A stretch of 64,000 nt of DNA from an uncultured delta proteobacterium. GTDB lineage: Bacteria; Myxococcota_A; UBA9160; SMWR01. A program made the position numbers and the translations under genes. The stretch lies in contig CAWHTE010000003.1 in the NCBI GenBank assembly GCA_963832165.1, positions 256,001-320,000 of the forward strand, given 5' to 3'. The notes under the pieces were generated by a model. It was not told the origin of the DNA. It made no database searches and saw only the letters and a list, made by a program, of their open reading frames with translations. Of this stretch, positions 24,765 to 34,096 are shown piece by piece (within the stretch, counting starts at the first letter, position 1; every line of letters starts with the position of its first letter).

Positions 24765-25649
24765 ATGGACGTGGTGCTCACCGTGCCCGACCGCGTTTGG
24801 GCCGGCGTCGCCTTCGCGTTCGGACTCTGCGTCGGCTCGTTCCTGAACGTGGTGATCCACCGGCTGCCGCTCGACCAGTCGATCGTGCATCCGAGCTCGC
24901 ACTGTCCAAACTGCCAGACGCCGCTGCGCTGGTACGACAACGTGCCGCTGCTCGCGTACCTGTGGCTGCGCGGGCGCTGCCGCGGCTGTGGTCAGCGCAT
25001 CTCGCTGCGCTATCCGGCTGTCGAGCTGCTCACGGGTGTGCTGTTCGCGGTGATCGTGCTGCGCTTCGGCGCCACGCCGATGGCCGTCGTGGGCTGCGCG
25101 TTCGCGGCCGCGCTCGTGGCGACCGCGGCGATCGATCTCGATCACCAGATCATCCCCGACGAGATCTCGCTGGGAGGACTCGCGCTCGCGCTCGTCGTCG
25201 TGCCCGTCACCGACTGGTGGGCCGGCGCTGCGTTCGGCGCGGCGATCGTGCGCTCGCTCTCCGGCGCGGCGATCGGCGGCGGCATGCTCTGGATCGTCGG
25301 CTTTGCACACGCGCGCGTGTCGTCGATGCTCGGGCGTGGGTTCGATCATTGGCCGGGTGAAGGCGAGCCGCTGCCGCGCTTCGGTTCGCTCGACTACTGG
25401 ACCTGGTTCCCCGGTGTCGGATTCGGCGATGTGAAGCTGCTCGCAATGATCGGCGCCGTACTCGGACCTATCGGCGTGCTCGAGACGATCGTTCTCGCAT
25501 CGGTGGTCGGGCTCGCGGTCGGCGTGCTCGTGACCGTCTCGCGCCGCGCCTGGAACACGCCGTTCGGGTTCGGACCCTCGATCGCGGTCGGCGCGCTGCT
25601 CGCGCTGCTCGCGCCGGATCCCTTCGCCTGGCTGCCCGGGCTGCGCTGA
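24765..25649 (+). CDS. pilD: Prepilin peptidase/N-methyltransferase
   Basis: GSFLNVVIHRLP, SHCPNC...GRCRGC, IDLDHQIIPD, GFGDVKL, PFGFGP. Confidence 0.93.
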   Translation: MDVVLTVPDRVWAGVAFAFGLCVGSFLNVVIHRLPLDQSIVHPSSHCPNCQTPLRWYDNVPLLAYLWLRGRCRGCGQRISLRYPAVELLTGVLFAVIVLRFGATPMAVVGCAFAAALVATAAIDLDHQIIPDEISLGGLALALVVVPVTDWWAGAAFGAAIVRSLSGAAIGGGMLWIVGFAHARVSSMLGRGFDHWPGEGEPLPRFGSLDYWTWFPGVGFGDVKLLAMIGAVLGPIGVLETIVLASVVGLAVGVLVTVSRRAWNTPFGFGPSIAVGALLALLAPDPFAWLPGLR

Positions 25650-25710
25650 GCGCGTCTCGCCCGCTTGTGAAATAGGCGGGCTCCGCGGTAAGGTCCTGGA
25701 AAGGCAGCGT

Positions 25711-25784
25711 TCCCCGGTCGTCTAACGGCAGGACAGCAGGCTCTGAACCTGTGAATCGAGGTTCAAATCCTCGCCGGGGATCCA
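25711..25784 (+). tRNA. tRNA-Gln (anticodon CTG)
   Basis: TCCCCGG...GCAGG-CTCTGAA-CCTGT...GGTTCAAATCC...CCGGGGATCCA. Confidence 0.96.
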
Positions 25785-25868
25785 CCGAGTCGCCTCCAGA
25801 CCCCCTCACAGGCCCTCACAGGATGGCTTCACTCGTGGCCTCCCCAGGGGGCCGAACGGGTTTGCTCC

Positions 25869-26447
25869 ATGAAGCTCGAGGTCGAACGACTGACGGGCGA
25901 GCCGCGGCCCTTTGCATACGAAGAAAGCGGCAACTGGTGGTGCACGCGCATGCCGCGCGACGCCGCACTGCCGCGCGACGTGGTCGAGCCGTTTCGCGTG
26001 ACCGGAACCGCGTACCGCGGGGGCGATTCGGAGGAGATCATCCTCGAGGGGAGGATCGCGGGAGCGTTCGAGCTGGAATGCGCGCGCTGCCTCGCGCGCT
26101 ATCGTCACGGGCTTTCCGAACCCTTCCGATTCGTCCTCGAGCCAGCGGGCGTGCGAACGCCCGCGGAGCCCGAGGCCGCGCGGTCGCTCGTCCGGGACGG
26201 GATGTGCCTCGCGGATGAGGTCGAGTTGGGTTGGTACCGGGGGACCGAGATACAGCTGGATTCGGTGTGTCTCGAATTGATCTCGCTGGCGCTTCCGGTG
26301 AAGCCTTTGTGCCGTGATGACTGCGCTGGTTTGTGCTCGCGGTGCGGGGCCGATCGCAACGAGACACCGTGCGGCTGCAGCGAGGCCGCTCCGAAATCAC
26401 CATTCGCCGTGCTCGCCGCGTTGCGCGGCGAAAGAGGAGCTGACTGA
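25869..26447 (+). CDS. yceD: YceD/DUF177 family protein
   Basis: [27 protein letters not shown]; directly upstream of rpmF. Confidence 0.9.
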   Translation: MKLEVERLTGEPRPFAYEESGNWWCTRMPRDAALPRDVVEPFRVTGTAYRGGDSEEIILEGRIAGAFELECARCLARYRHGLSEPFRFVLEPAGVRTPAEPEAARSLVRDGMCLADEVELGWYRGTEIQLDSVCLELISLALPVKPLCRDDCAGLCSRCGADRNETPCGCSEAAPKSPFAVLAALRGERGAD

Positions 26448-26629
26448 TGGCGGTGCCGAAGGCCAAAACGACCAAATCGCGGCGGAACATGCGCCGGTCC
26501 CACCACGCACTCGCGCAGCCGCCGCGCAGCAACTGTCCGCAGTGCGGAGAGGCGAAGGCGCCGCATCGGGTGTGCCCGAACTGCGGCACCTACCGCGGCC
26601 GCGAAATCGTGCGTACCGACGAGGACTGA
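26447..26629 (+). CDS. rpmF: 50S ribosomal protein L32
   Basis: [19 protein letters not shown]...CPQCG...[14 protein letters not shown]. Confidence 0.97.
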   Translation: MAVPKAKTTKSRRNMRRSHHALAQPPRSNCPQCGEAKAPHRVCPNCGTYRGREIVRTDED

Positions 26630-26635
26630 TCTCGC

Positions 26636-27583
26636 GTGTTGGCTCTGCTCTTTCCGGGTCAGGGTTCCCAGGCAGTGGGAATGGGTCGCGACGTCTACGA
26701 GACGAGCGACGCCGCCCGCGCCGTGTTCGCGGCAGCGGATTCCGCGCTGGGGTTCCCGCTCTCTCGGCTCTGCTTCGAGGGACCCGAGGACGAGCTCGTG
26801 CGCACGGAGGTGCAGCAGCCCGCGATCCTGACCACGAGCATCGCGTTCCTGCGCGCGCTCGAAGAGCGCGGTGGTGAGCTCGAGCCCGCGTTCTATGCGG
26901 GCCACAGCCTGGGCGAATACACGGCGCTCGTGGCCGCGGGCGCGCTCGAATTCGGTGACGCCGTACGGCTCGTGCAGCTGCGCGGGCGCTTCATGCAGGA
27001 GGCCGTACCGGAGGGGCGCGGCGCGATGGCCGCGATCCTCGGGCTCGATCCCGACGCGGTCGCCGGAGCGTGCGGGGTCGCGTCGGCACAGACCGGTCGC
27101 GTCGTGGCGCCGGCGAATTTCAATGGACCCGCCCAGACCGTGATCTCGGGCGATGCCGTGGCGGTGGAGGCGGCCTGCGCGCGCGCGCGCGAGCGCGGCG
27201 CGAAGCGCGCGGTTCCGCTCGACGTGTCGGCTCCGTTCCATTGCTCGCTGATGCGGCCCGCGGCCGAGAAGCTCGCGCTCGAGCTCGCGCGGGTGCGCTT
27301 CGAGGTCCCCGTCGCGCCCGTGGTCACCAACGTCGAGGCCGAGGACTGCGCCGATCCGTCGCGGTTCCCGGCGCTGCTCGAGCAGCAGGTCACCGCGCCG
27401 GTCCGCTTCACGGAAATGATTCAGTTCCTGAGCAATTCGGGCGTCGATCGCGTGCTCGAGATCGGGCCGGGCCGCGTACTGGTCGGTCTGGTCGCCCGGG
27501 TTTCACGCGATCTGGCGCGCGCCAGTCTCGGGATTGCGAAAGAGCTCGATAGCGCGGCAGATTTCGCCGCGGGAGAGCGCTAG
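26636..27583 (+). CDS. fabD: Malonyl-CoA:ACP transacylase
   Basis: FPGQGSQ, GHSLGEY, VSAPFHC, EIGPGRVL. Confidence 0.96.
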   Translation: MLALLFPGQGSQAVGMGRDVYETSDAARAVFAAADSALGFPLSRLCFEGPEDELVRTEVQQPAILTTSIAFLRALEERGGELEPAFYAGHSLGEYTALVAAGALEFGDAVRLVQLRGRFMQEAVPEGRGAMAAILGLDPDAVAGACGVASAQTGRVVAPANFNGPAQTVISGDAVAVEAACARARERGAKRAVPLDVSAPFHCSLMRPAAEKLALELARVRFEVPVAPVVTNVEAEDCADPSRFPALLEQQVTAPVRFTEMIQFLSNSGVDRVLEIGPGRVLVGLVARVSRDLARASLGIAKELDSAADFAAGER

Positions 27584-27616
27584 GTACACGGCGACGTTCG
27601 CCAGGGGAGGGATTGA

Positions 27617-27856
27617 ATGGTGGCGCTGGATACGAGGGTCTCCGAACTGATCGTCGAGCAGCTCGGGGTCAGCATGGAGGAGATCAGGCCCGAAGCCTCC
27701 TTCATCGACGATCTGGGCGCCGACTCGCTCGACATCGTCGAGCTGGTGATGGCGATGGAAGAGGAATTCGACATCGAGATTCCCGATGAGGATGCCGAGC
27801 GCATCCAGACGATCGGCGATGCCACCGCCTATCTCAAGGAGAAGCTCGGCGCGTGA
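27617..27856 (+). CDS. acpP: Acyl carrier protein
   Basis: [20 protein letters not shown]. Confidence 0.97.
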   Translation: MVALDTRVSELIVEQLGVSMEEIRPEASFIDDLGADSLDIVELVMAMEEEFDIEIPDEDAERIQTIGDATAYLKEKLGA

Positions 27857-29103
27857 AGTCTTCCTCCGCGCGCCGGCGCGTGGTGGTCACGGGAATCGGT
27901 TGCGTGACACCGCTGGGGATCGGTGTCGACGATACGTGGACTGCGGCGATCGCGGGCAAGAGCGGCGTGCGGCGGATTGCGCGCTTCGATGCCGGCGAGT
28001 TCGCGTCGCAGATCGCCGGCGAGGTCCCGGGCGAGCTCGACCTGTCCGACCTGCCCGCGAAGGAGGCGCGGCGTCTCGATCGCACGATCCAGCTCGCGCT
28101 GGTCGCGGCGCGCGAGGCGCTCGAGGGCTCGAAGCTCTCGATCGACGCGTCCAACTGCGAGCGCTTCGGTGTGTCGGTCGGCTCGGGCATCGGCGGCCTC
28201 GAGACGATCGAGGAGGGCGTCGACGTGCTCGCGCGATCGGGGCCGCGCCGCGTGCCGCCGTTCGTGATCCCGATGACGATCTGCAACATGACGAGCGGCT
28301 ACATCGCGATCCGCCACGGGCTCAAGGGATTGAACCTCTGCCACGTGAGCGCGTGCTCGACCGGCGCGCATTCGATCGGCGAAGCCGCGCGCGCGATCGA
28401 ACGCGGCGACGTGGACGTGATGGTGGCCGGTGGAACGGAGGCCCCGATCACGCGGATCGGCGTGGCGAGCTTCGCCGCGATGCGCGCGCTCTCCACGCAG
28501 AACGACGACCCCGCGAGCGCGAGCCGCCCGTTCGACCGTGGCCGCGACGGCTTCGTGATGTCCGAGGGGGCGGCCGTGCTCGTGCTCGAGGCCGAGGAGC
28601 ACGCCCGCGCGCGCGGGGCACCGATCCGCGCGCGACTGCTCGGCTACGCGGGTACCGCAGACGCCGCGCACATCGCGCAGCCGACCGAGAACGCCGAGGG
28701 GGCGCAGCGCTGCATGCGGCTCGCGATCGAGGACGCCGACCTCACCGTTTCCGACGTCGATCACGTGAACGCGCACGCCACGAGCACTCCGGCCGGCGAT
28801 CCGAGTGAGGCCCGCGCGATCCGCGCCGTGTTCGGCAAGCACGCCGATCGCCTCCCGGTATCCGCGACCAAATCGATGACGGGACACCTGCTCGGTGCGG
28901 CGGGTGCCGTCGAGGCGCTCCTCTGCATCCGCGCAATCGAGACGGGAATCGTGCCGCCGACGATCAACCTCGACAGCGTCGATGACGATTGCGAGCTCGA
29001 TCACGTCGCGAACGAGTCGCGCCGGACCGAGGTCCGGGTCGCGCTCTCGAACTCGTTTGGCTTCGGCGGCACGAACGCCTGCCTGGTGTTCGGGCGCGAA
29101 TAA
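27853..29103 (+). CDS. fabF: Beta-ketoacyl-ACP synthase II
   Basis: [46 protein letters not shown]. Confidence 0.96.
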   Translation: MKSSSARRRVVVTGIGCVTPLGIGVDDTWTAAIAGKSGVRRIARFDAGEFASQIAGEVPGELDLSDLPAKEARRLDRTIQLALVAAREALEGSKLSIDASNCERFGVSVGSGIGGLETIEEGVDVLARSGPRRVPPFVIPMTICNMTSGYIAIRHGLKGLNLCHVSACSTGAHSIGEAARAIERGDVDVMVAGGTEAPITRIGVASFAAMRALSTQNDDPASASRPFDRGRDGFVMSEGAAVLVLEAEEHARARGAPIRARLLGYAGTADAAHIAQPTENAEGAQRCMRLAIEDADLTVSDVDHVNAHATSTPAGDPSEARAIRAVFGKHADRLPVSATKSMTGHLLGAAGAVEALLCIRAIETGIVPPTINLDSVDDDCELDHVANESRRTEVRVALSNSFGFGGTNACLVFGRE

Positions 29104-29181
29104 GCCCGTCCGCGCGCAGTGATAAGGGGGGCGCGTCTCTCCTCGTCGTGGCACACTGCCCGCCTCCATCCGAGGCACCCC

Positions 29182-30885
29182 ATGGGCGACGCGATCGTCA
29201 TCGCCAGCGACCACCGCGGCACGAAGCTCAAGGCGGCGCTGCGCGAGCGGCTCGAAGCGCAGGGTCATAGCGTCACCGACGTCGGCTCGTTCGGCGACGA
29301 CTCCGTCGACTATCCCGACTACGCCGCGGCCGCTGCGCGCGCGGTGTCGCGCGGCGACGTGCCGCGCGGGATCGTGATCTGCGGCAGCGGGCTCGGCGTC
29401 AGCTACACCGCGAACCGCTTCCCGGGCGTGCGCGCGGCCTGGGTGCAGGACGTCGAGGCGGTGCGCATGGCGCGCGAGCACAACGACGCCAATATGCTCG
29501 CACTGCCGGGCGATCGGCTCGACGTCGAGCGCGCCTGGCCGCTCGTCTCCACCTGGCTCGAGACGCCGTTCGAGGGCGGGCGCCACGCGCGGCGCGTCGA
29601 GAAGATCGACACGCTGTCGTCGGGTGCGGGCTCGATGCGCGCGCTTGAGCAGGCCGATCCCGACATCGCCGATTGCATCCGGCGCGAGGCGCGCCGCCAG
29701 GCGACCGGCATCGAGCTGATCGCTTCGGAGAACTTCGTCTCGGAAGCGGTGCTCGAGGCCGCGGGCTCGGTGTGCACGAACAAGTACGCGGAGGGCTATC
29801 CGGGCCGGCGCTACTACGGCGGCTGCGAAGTCGTCGACGAGATCGAATCGCTCGCGATCGCGCGCGCGCTCGAGCTGTTCGGCGCCGATCACGCCAACGT
29901 TCAGCCGCACGCGGGCTCGCAGGCGAACGAGGCCGTGTACCGCGCCGTCTGCGAAGTGGGCGACACCGTGCTCGCGATGAACCTCGACCACGGCGGCCAC
30001 CTCACGCACGGCAGCCCCGTGAACTTCTCGGGCAAGCTGTACAAGATCGTCCCGTACGGCGTGCGACGCGACACCGAGCAGATCGACTACGAAGAACTGC
30101 GCCGCCTAGCGCTCGAGCACCGCCCCAAGATGATCCAGTGCGGCACCACCGCCTACTCGCGCCAGCTCGACTTCGCGGCGTTCCGCTCGATCGCCGACGA
30201 GGTGGGAGCGGTGCTGTTCGCCGATATCGCGCACATCGCGGGGCTGGTCGTGAGCGGACTCCACCCGAGCCCGATCGGCTGCGCGCAGATCGTCACGACC
30301 ACCACGCACAAGACGCTGCGCGGGCCGCGCGGCGGCCTGATTCTGTGCGACAACGAGTGGGCGAAGAAGATCGACAGCGCGGTGTTCCCGGGCGGGCAGG
30401 GCGGACCGCTCATGCACATCATCGCAGCCAAGGCGGTCGCGTTCCGCGAGGCGGCGAAGCCGGCGTTCCGCGACTACTGCGCGGCGGTGATCGCCAATGC
30501 GAAGGCGCTCGCGGCGGGTGTTTCGCGCGCGGGCTTCAAGGTCGTGTCGGGCGGAACCGACACGCACCTGTTCCTGCTCTCGCTCGTCGATCGCGACACC
30601 ACGGGCAAGGGCGCCGAAGCGGCACTCGGCCGCGCCGGCATCACCGCGAACAAGAACATGGTTCCGTTCGATCCGCGCAAGCCGGCCGTGACTTCGGGCG
30701 TGCGCATCGGCACGCCTGCAGTGACGACGCGCGGAATGCGCGCGCCCGAGATGGAGCAGATCGCCGGATGGATTGCGCGCGTGCTCGAGCGTCCTGGCGA
30801 CGTGGAGGAGCTCGACGCGATTCGCGTCGAGGTGGAGGCGCTGTGCCGGCGGTTCCCGCTCTACGCCGGGCATTGGAGCGAGTGA
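29182..30885 (+). CDS. glyA: RpiB (ribose-5-phosphate isomerase B) - serine hydroxymethyltransferase fusion
   Basis: N-terminal [36 protein letters not shown]; continues in frame into [36 protein letters not shown]. Confidence 0.93.
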   Translation: MGDAIVIASDHRGTKLKAALRERLEAQGHSVTDVGSFGDDSVDYPDYAAAAARAVSRGDVPRGIVICGSGLGVSYTANRFPGVRAAWVQDVEAVRMAREHNDANMLALPGDRLDVERAWPLVSTWLETPFEGGRHARRVEKIDTLSSGAGSMRALEQADPDIADCIRREARRQATGIELIASENFVSEAVLEAAGSVCTNKYAEGYPGRRYYGGCEVVDEIESLAIARALELFGADHANVQPHAGSQANEAVYRAVCEVGDTVLAMNLDHGGHLTHGSPVNFSGKLYKIVPYGVRRDTEQIDYEELRRLALEHRPKMIQCGTTAYSRQLDFAAFRSIADEVGAVLFADIAHIAGLVVSGLHPSPIGCAQIVTTTTHKTLRGPRGGLILCDNEWAKKIDSAVFPGGQGGPLMHIIAAKAVAFREAAKPAFRDYCAAVIANAKALAAGVSRAGFKVVSGGTDTHLFLLSLVDRDTTGKGAEAALGRAGITANKNMVPFDPRKPAVTSGVRIGTPAVTTRGMRAPEMEQIAGWIARVLERPGDVEELDAIRVEVEALCRRFPLYAGHWSE

Positions 30886-30931
30886 CTCTCGCAGGATCTC
30901 CAGTGCCGAGAGCCGGCCAGGTCTCCTAACC

Positions 30932-31387
30932 GTGCGTTGTCCCTACTGTGCGGACTCGTCCAACCGGGTGATCGACTCGCGGCTCGGCCGCGACGGCACC
31001 GAGATCCGCCGCCGCCGCGAATGCATCGAGTGCGGGCGGCGCTTCACGACGCGCGAGCGCGTCGAGGAGGTGCTGCCGAAGGTCGTGAAGCGCGACGAGC
31101 GCCGCGAAGACTTCTGGCGCGAGAAGATCCTCGTTGCCGTGCGCAAGGCATGCGAGAAGCGCCCCGTCTCCGCGGACGCGCTCGATCGCCTGGTCGATCG
31201 CGTCGAGCGCGGCGCACAAGAGCTCGGACTGAAGGAGGTGAGTACGCGCGCGATCGGCGAGCGCGTGCTCGCGGAGCTCGTCGAGCTCGACACGCTCGCG
31301 GCGGCGCGCTTCGCCTCGGTGTTCCGGAACTTCGAGAACGCCGACGACTACGCCGCGTTCTTCCGCGATCTCGAGAAGGCGCGGTGA
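30932..31387 (+). CDS. nrdR: Transcriptional repressor NrdR
   Basis: RCPYC...VIDSR...IRRRRECIECGRRFTTRE plus ATP cone. Confidence 0.96.
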   Translation: MRCPYCADSSNRVIDSRLGRDGTEIRRRRECIECGRRFTTRERVEEVLPKVVKRDERREDFWREKILVAVRKACEKRPVSADALDRLVDRVERGAQELGLKEVSTRAIGERVLAELVELDTLAAARFASVFRNFENADDYAAFFRDLEKAR

Positions 31388-32520
31388 CGCCCGAGCACGC
31401 GATGCGGCTCGCGCTCGCGGAGGCGCGCCGCGCGAGCGGCCGCACGTTTCCGAATCCGCCGGTCGGCGCCGTGGTGTTCCGCGGCGAGCGCGTGCTCGGC
31501 CGCGGCCACACGCGCCCGGTCGGCGGAGCGCACGCCGAGGTTCTCGCGATCGAAGCGGCGACGCGCCGCCACGGCGCGCGCGCGTTGCGCGGTGCGTCGC
31601 TCGCGGTGACGCTCGAGCCGTGCTCGCACGTGGGCCGCACCCCGCCGTGTGCGGATCGCGTGATCGACGCGGGGCTCGCGCGCGTCTGGATCGGACACCG
31701 CGACCCGCACCCCGCGGTGGCGGGGCGAGGCGTCGCGCGCCTGCGCCGCGCCGGCGTGCGCGTGGAGATCGGCACACTCGAGCGTGAGTGCCGCGAGCAG
31801 CACCGCGGCTTCCTGTGCGTGCTCGCGTCGGGGCGGCCGTTCGTAGCCCTCAAGCTCGCCGCCACGCTCGACGGGCGAATCGCCACGGCGGCGGGTGAAT
31901 CGCGCTGGATCACGGGTCCAGAGGCGCGTGCGGCCGGACACCGGCTGCGGCGCCGTGTCGACGCCATCTGGGTCGGCGCGCAGACCGCGCTCGCGGACGA
32001 TCCCGAGCTCACCGCGCGTGTGGGAGGTCGCGTCGTGCACCGCCCCGTGCGGCTCGTCGCGGACACCCGCCTGCGGCTCCCGCCCGGTGCGCGCATGCTG
32101 CGCGGCGCTCCGGGCTCTACCTGGGTACTCTGCGGCGCGGGAGCGCCGCGCGCACGGCGTCGGGCGCTCGAGGCGGCGGGCGCGCGCGTGCTCGAGCTGC
32201 CGCGCGATGGAGATCGACTGGACCTGCGCCGCGCGCTGCGGCGCCTCTCGCAAGAGGGATTGACCGAGATTCTCGTGGAAGGTGGCGGACAACTCGCAGC
32301 CGGATTGCTGCGCCGGTCGCTCGTGGACGAGCTGCACTGGTTCACGGCGCCGCTCGTGATCGGCGCCGACGGCCGCGCTGCGCTCGGAGCACTCGGAGTG
32401 CGCGCGTTGGCCGCGGCGCCGCGCCTGGCCGCCGTCTCGCTGCGCCGCGTGGGGGAAAGTGCGCACTGGGTCGGGCGCTTCGCGCCCGCGGGCGGCCGCG
32501 CGCGCGGGGTCGCGCTGTGA
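31384..32520 (+). CDS. ribD: Riboflavin biosynthesis deaminase/reductase
   Basis: PNPPVGAV, HAEV, TLEPCSHVGRTPPC, KLAATLDGRIA, SRWITG, LVEGGG. Confidence 0.95.
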   Translation: MTPEHAMRLALAEARRASGRTFPNPPVGAVVFRGERVLGRGHTRPVGGAHAEVLAIEAATRRHGARALRGASLAVTLEPCSHVGRTPPCADRVIDAGLARVWIGHRDPHPAVAGRGVARLRRAGVRVEIGTLERECREQHRGFLCVLASGRPFVALKLAATLDGRIATAAGESRWITGPEARAAGHRLRRRVDAIWVGAQTALADDPELTARVGGRVVHRPVRLVADTRLRLPPGARMLRGAPGSTWVLCGAGAPRARRRALEAAGARVLELPRDGDRLDLRRALRRLSQEGLTEILVEGGGQLAAGLLRRSLVDELHWFTAPLVIGADGRAALGALGVRALAAAPRLAAVSLRRVGESAHWVGRFAPAGGRARGVAL

Positions 32521-33002
32521 AGTTGTTCGCGGGATCGTCCGGATCGGCTCCGCTGCGCTTCGCGGTAGTGGTGTCGCGCTTCAACCACCTCGTGTCGGTG
32601 CGCCTGCTCGAGGGCTGCACGGCCGAGCTCTCGCGGCGTGGCGTCGCCGCCGAAGACGTCCACGTCGCCTGGGTGCCCGGCGCGTTCGAGATTCCGCAGA
32701 CCGCGCGCGCTCTCGCCGACACGCGGCGCTACGACGCGATCATCGCGCTCGGCGTCGTGATCCGCGGCGGCACGCCGCACTTCGACTACGTGTGTCGCGG
32801 TGTCACCGACGGCGTGCGCGAAGTGATGCGCGACACCGGCGTACCGGTGGCGTTCGGCGTGCTCACCACCGACGACGTCGACCAGGCGCTCGACCGCGCG
32901 GGCGGCGAGCACGGCAACAAGGGACGCGACGCCGCGCAGGTGGCGATCGAGATGGCGCGCTTGCTGCCCGCGCTGCGCGAGCGGCCCGGAGGTACGCCGT
33001 GA
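32517..33002 (+). CDS. ribH: 6,7-dimethyl-8-ribityllumazine synthase
   Basis: VVSRFN, WVPGAFEIP, GVVIRGGTPHFDYV, FGVLTTD, GNKG. Confidence 0.96.
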   Translation: MKLFAGSSGSAPLRFAVVVSRFNHLVSVRLLEGCTAELSRRGVAAEDVHVAWVPGAFEIPQTARALADTRRYDAIIALGVVIRGGTPHFDYVCRGVTDGVREVMRDTGVPVAFGVLTTDDVDQALDRAGGEHGNKGRDAAQVAIEMARLLPALRERPGGTP

Positions 33003-33433
33003 GCGCGAAGCGTCCCGCGCCGCGCCGCGATTCGCGCCGGCTCGCGCTCCAGGTGCTCTACGCGGCAGACCTCGCGCCCAGCACTGTGCCCGAGGCCACG
33101 TTCGAGCGCGTGGCGGAGAACTTCGACCTGAATCCGGGTGCGCTCGTGTTCGCGAAGGAGCTCGTGTGCGGCACGATGGCTGCACGCGACGAGATCGACG
33201 CGCAGATCACCCAGCACGCGCGCAACTGGCGGATCGAGCGCATGGCCGCGGTCGATCGCAACCTGCTCCGCCTCGCGGTCTACGAGCTCCTGCGCACCGA
33301 CACGCCCACGCAGGTCGTGATCAACGAAGCGGTCGAGCTCGCGCACGACTTCGGCGGCGAGCGCTCGCCCGCGTTCATCAATGGCGTGCTCGATGCGGTC
33401 GCGCGCAGCTGCGCGCGCCCCGGAGAGGCCTGA
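32999..33433 (+). CDS. nusB: Transcription antitermination factor NusB
   Basis: RRLALQVLY, NWRIERMAAVDRNLLRLAVYEL, INEAVELA, FINGVLD. Confidence 0.96.
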   Translation: MSAKRPAPRRDSRRLALQVLYAADLAPSTVPEATFERVAENFDLNPGALVFAKELVCGTMAARDEIDAQITQHARNWRIERMAAVDRNLLRLAVYELLRTDTPTQVVINEAVELAHDFGGERSPAFINGVLDAVARSCARPGEA

Positions 33434-33436
33434 GCG

Positions 33437-34045
33437 GTGCCGCAGCTCGGACTCGCGCCGGCCGCGATCGAGCGCGTGCGCGCTGATCTCGCGGTGGTGC
33501 CGCTGTTCGCGGCCGAGCGCCCGCTGCGCGCGGCCGCGGGCCGCGTCGACTGGCGCCTGTGCGGCCGGCTCTCGCACCTGTTCGCGGGCGAGCGGCTCTC
33601 GGGCGCGTTCGGCGAAGCGGTGCTGATCCCGGGCGGGGGCGGCATGTGCGCACCGCGCGTGATCGGCATCGGCGCTGGCGAGCGCGCGTCGATCGACGCC
33701 GCGCTCTGGGAGCGCTGGGTGAACGATGCGTTCGAGCGTTCGCGCGGGCTCTCCGCGCAGCGCATCGTGATCGCGCTGCCCGAGCTCGAGGTCCCGCTCG
33801 CGGAGCGGCTCGCTCTACTCGCGCAATGCGCTGCCCGCGTGACGCTGCCCGCGGAGATCGAGATCGCGCCCGAGCCCGGCGACCTTCCGGGCACCACGGA
33901 TTGGCTGCGCGGTGCCGCCCGGCGCTCGCGGCCCGAAGGTCTACAGATCCGTTTGCCCGCCGATCTCTCGGTCCCCCAGGGGGCCGATCCCGAACCCACG
34001 CGAGCCTGGTCAAGTCAGGAACCTGCCGGCCGATTCTCTCGTTGA
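33437..34045 (+). CDS. Stand-alone leucyl aminopeptidase (M17) N-terminal-domain-like protein
   Basis: ADLAVVPLFAAERPLRAAAGRVDWRLCGRLS...GEAVL...RVIGIGAG resembles the M17 N-domain; no catalytic domain. Confidence 0.55.
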   Translation: MPQLGLAPAAIERVRADLAVVPLFAAERPLRAAAGRVDWRLCGRLSHLFAGERLSGAFGEAVLIPGGGGMCAPRVIGIGAGERASIDAALWERWVNDAFERSRGLSAQRIVIALPELEVPLAERLALLAQCAARVTLPAEIEIAPEPGDLPGTTDWLRGAARRSRPEGLQIRLPADLSVPQGADPEPTRAWSSQEPAGRFSR

Positions 34046-34096
34046 AGGGGTATCGCGACCGGGTGCATTCCCGAGCCGCGGTGCCGCAGGGGTGGG

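Noticed and set aside
20212..25784. Genomic island or prophage at tRNA-Glu or tRNA-Gln
   Set aside because: No integrase or phage genes; the tRNA-Glu repeat encloses only 21 bp; no distant tRNA-Gln 3' repeat seen
25803..25822. Tandem CCCTCACAGG x2 after tRNA-Gln
   Set aside because: Only two 10-bp units; could be chance or local slippage
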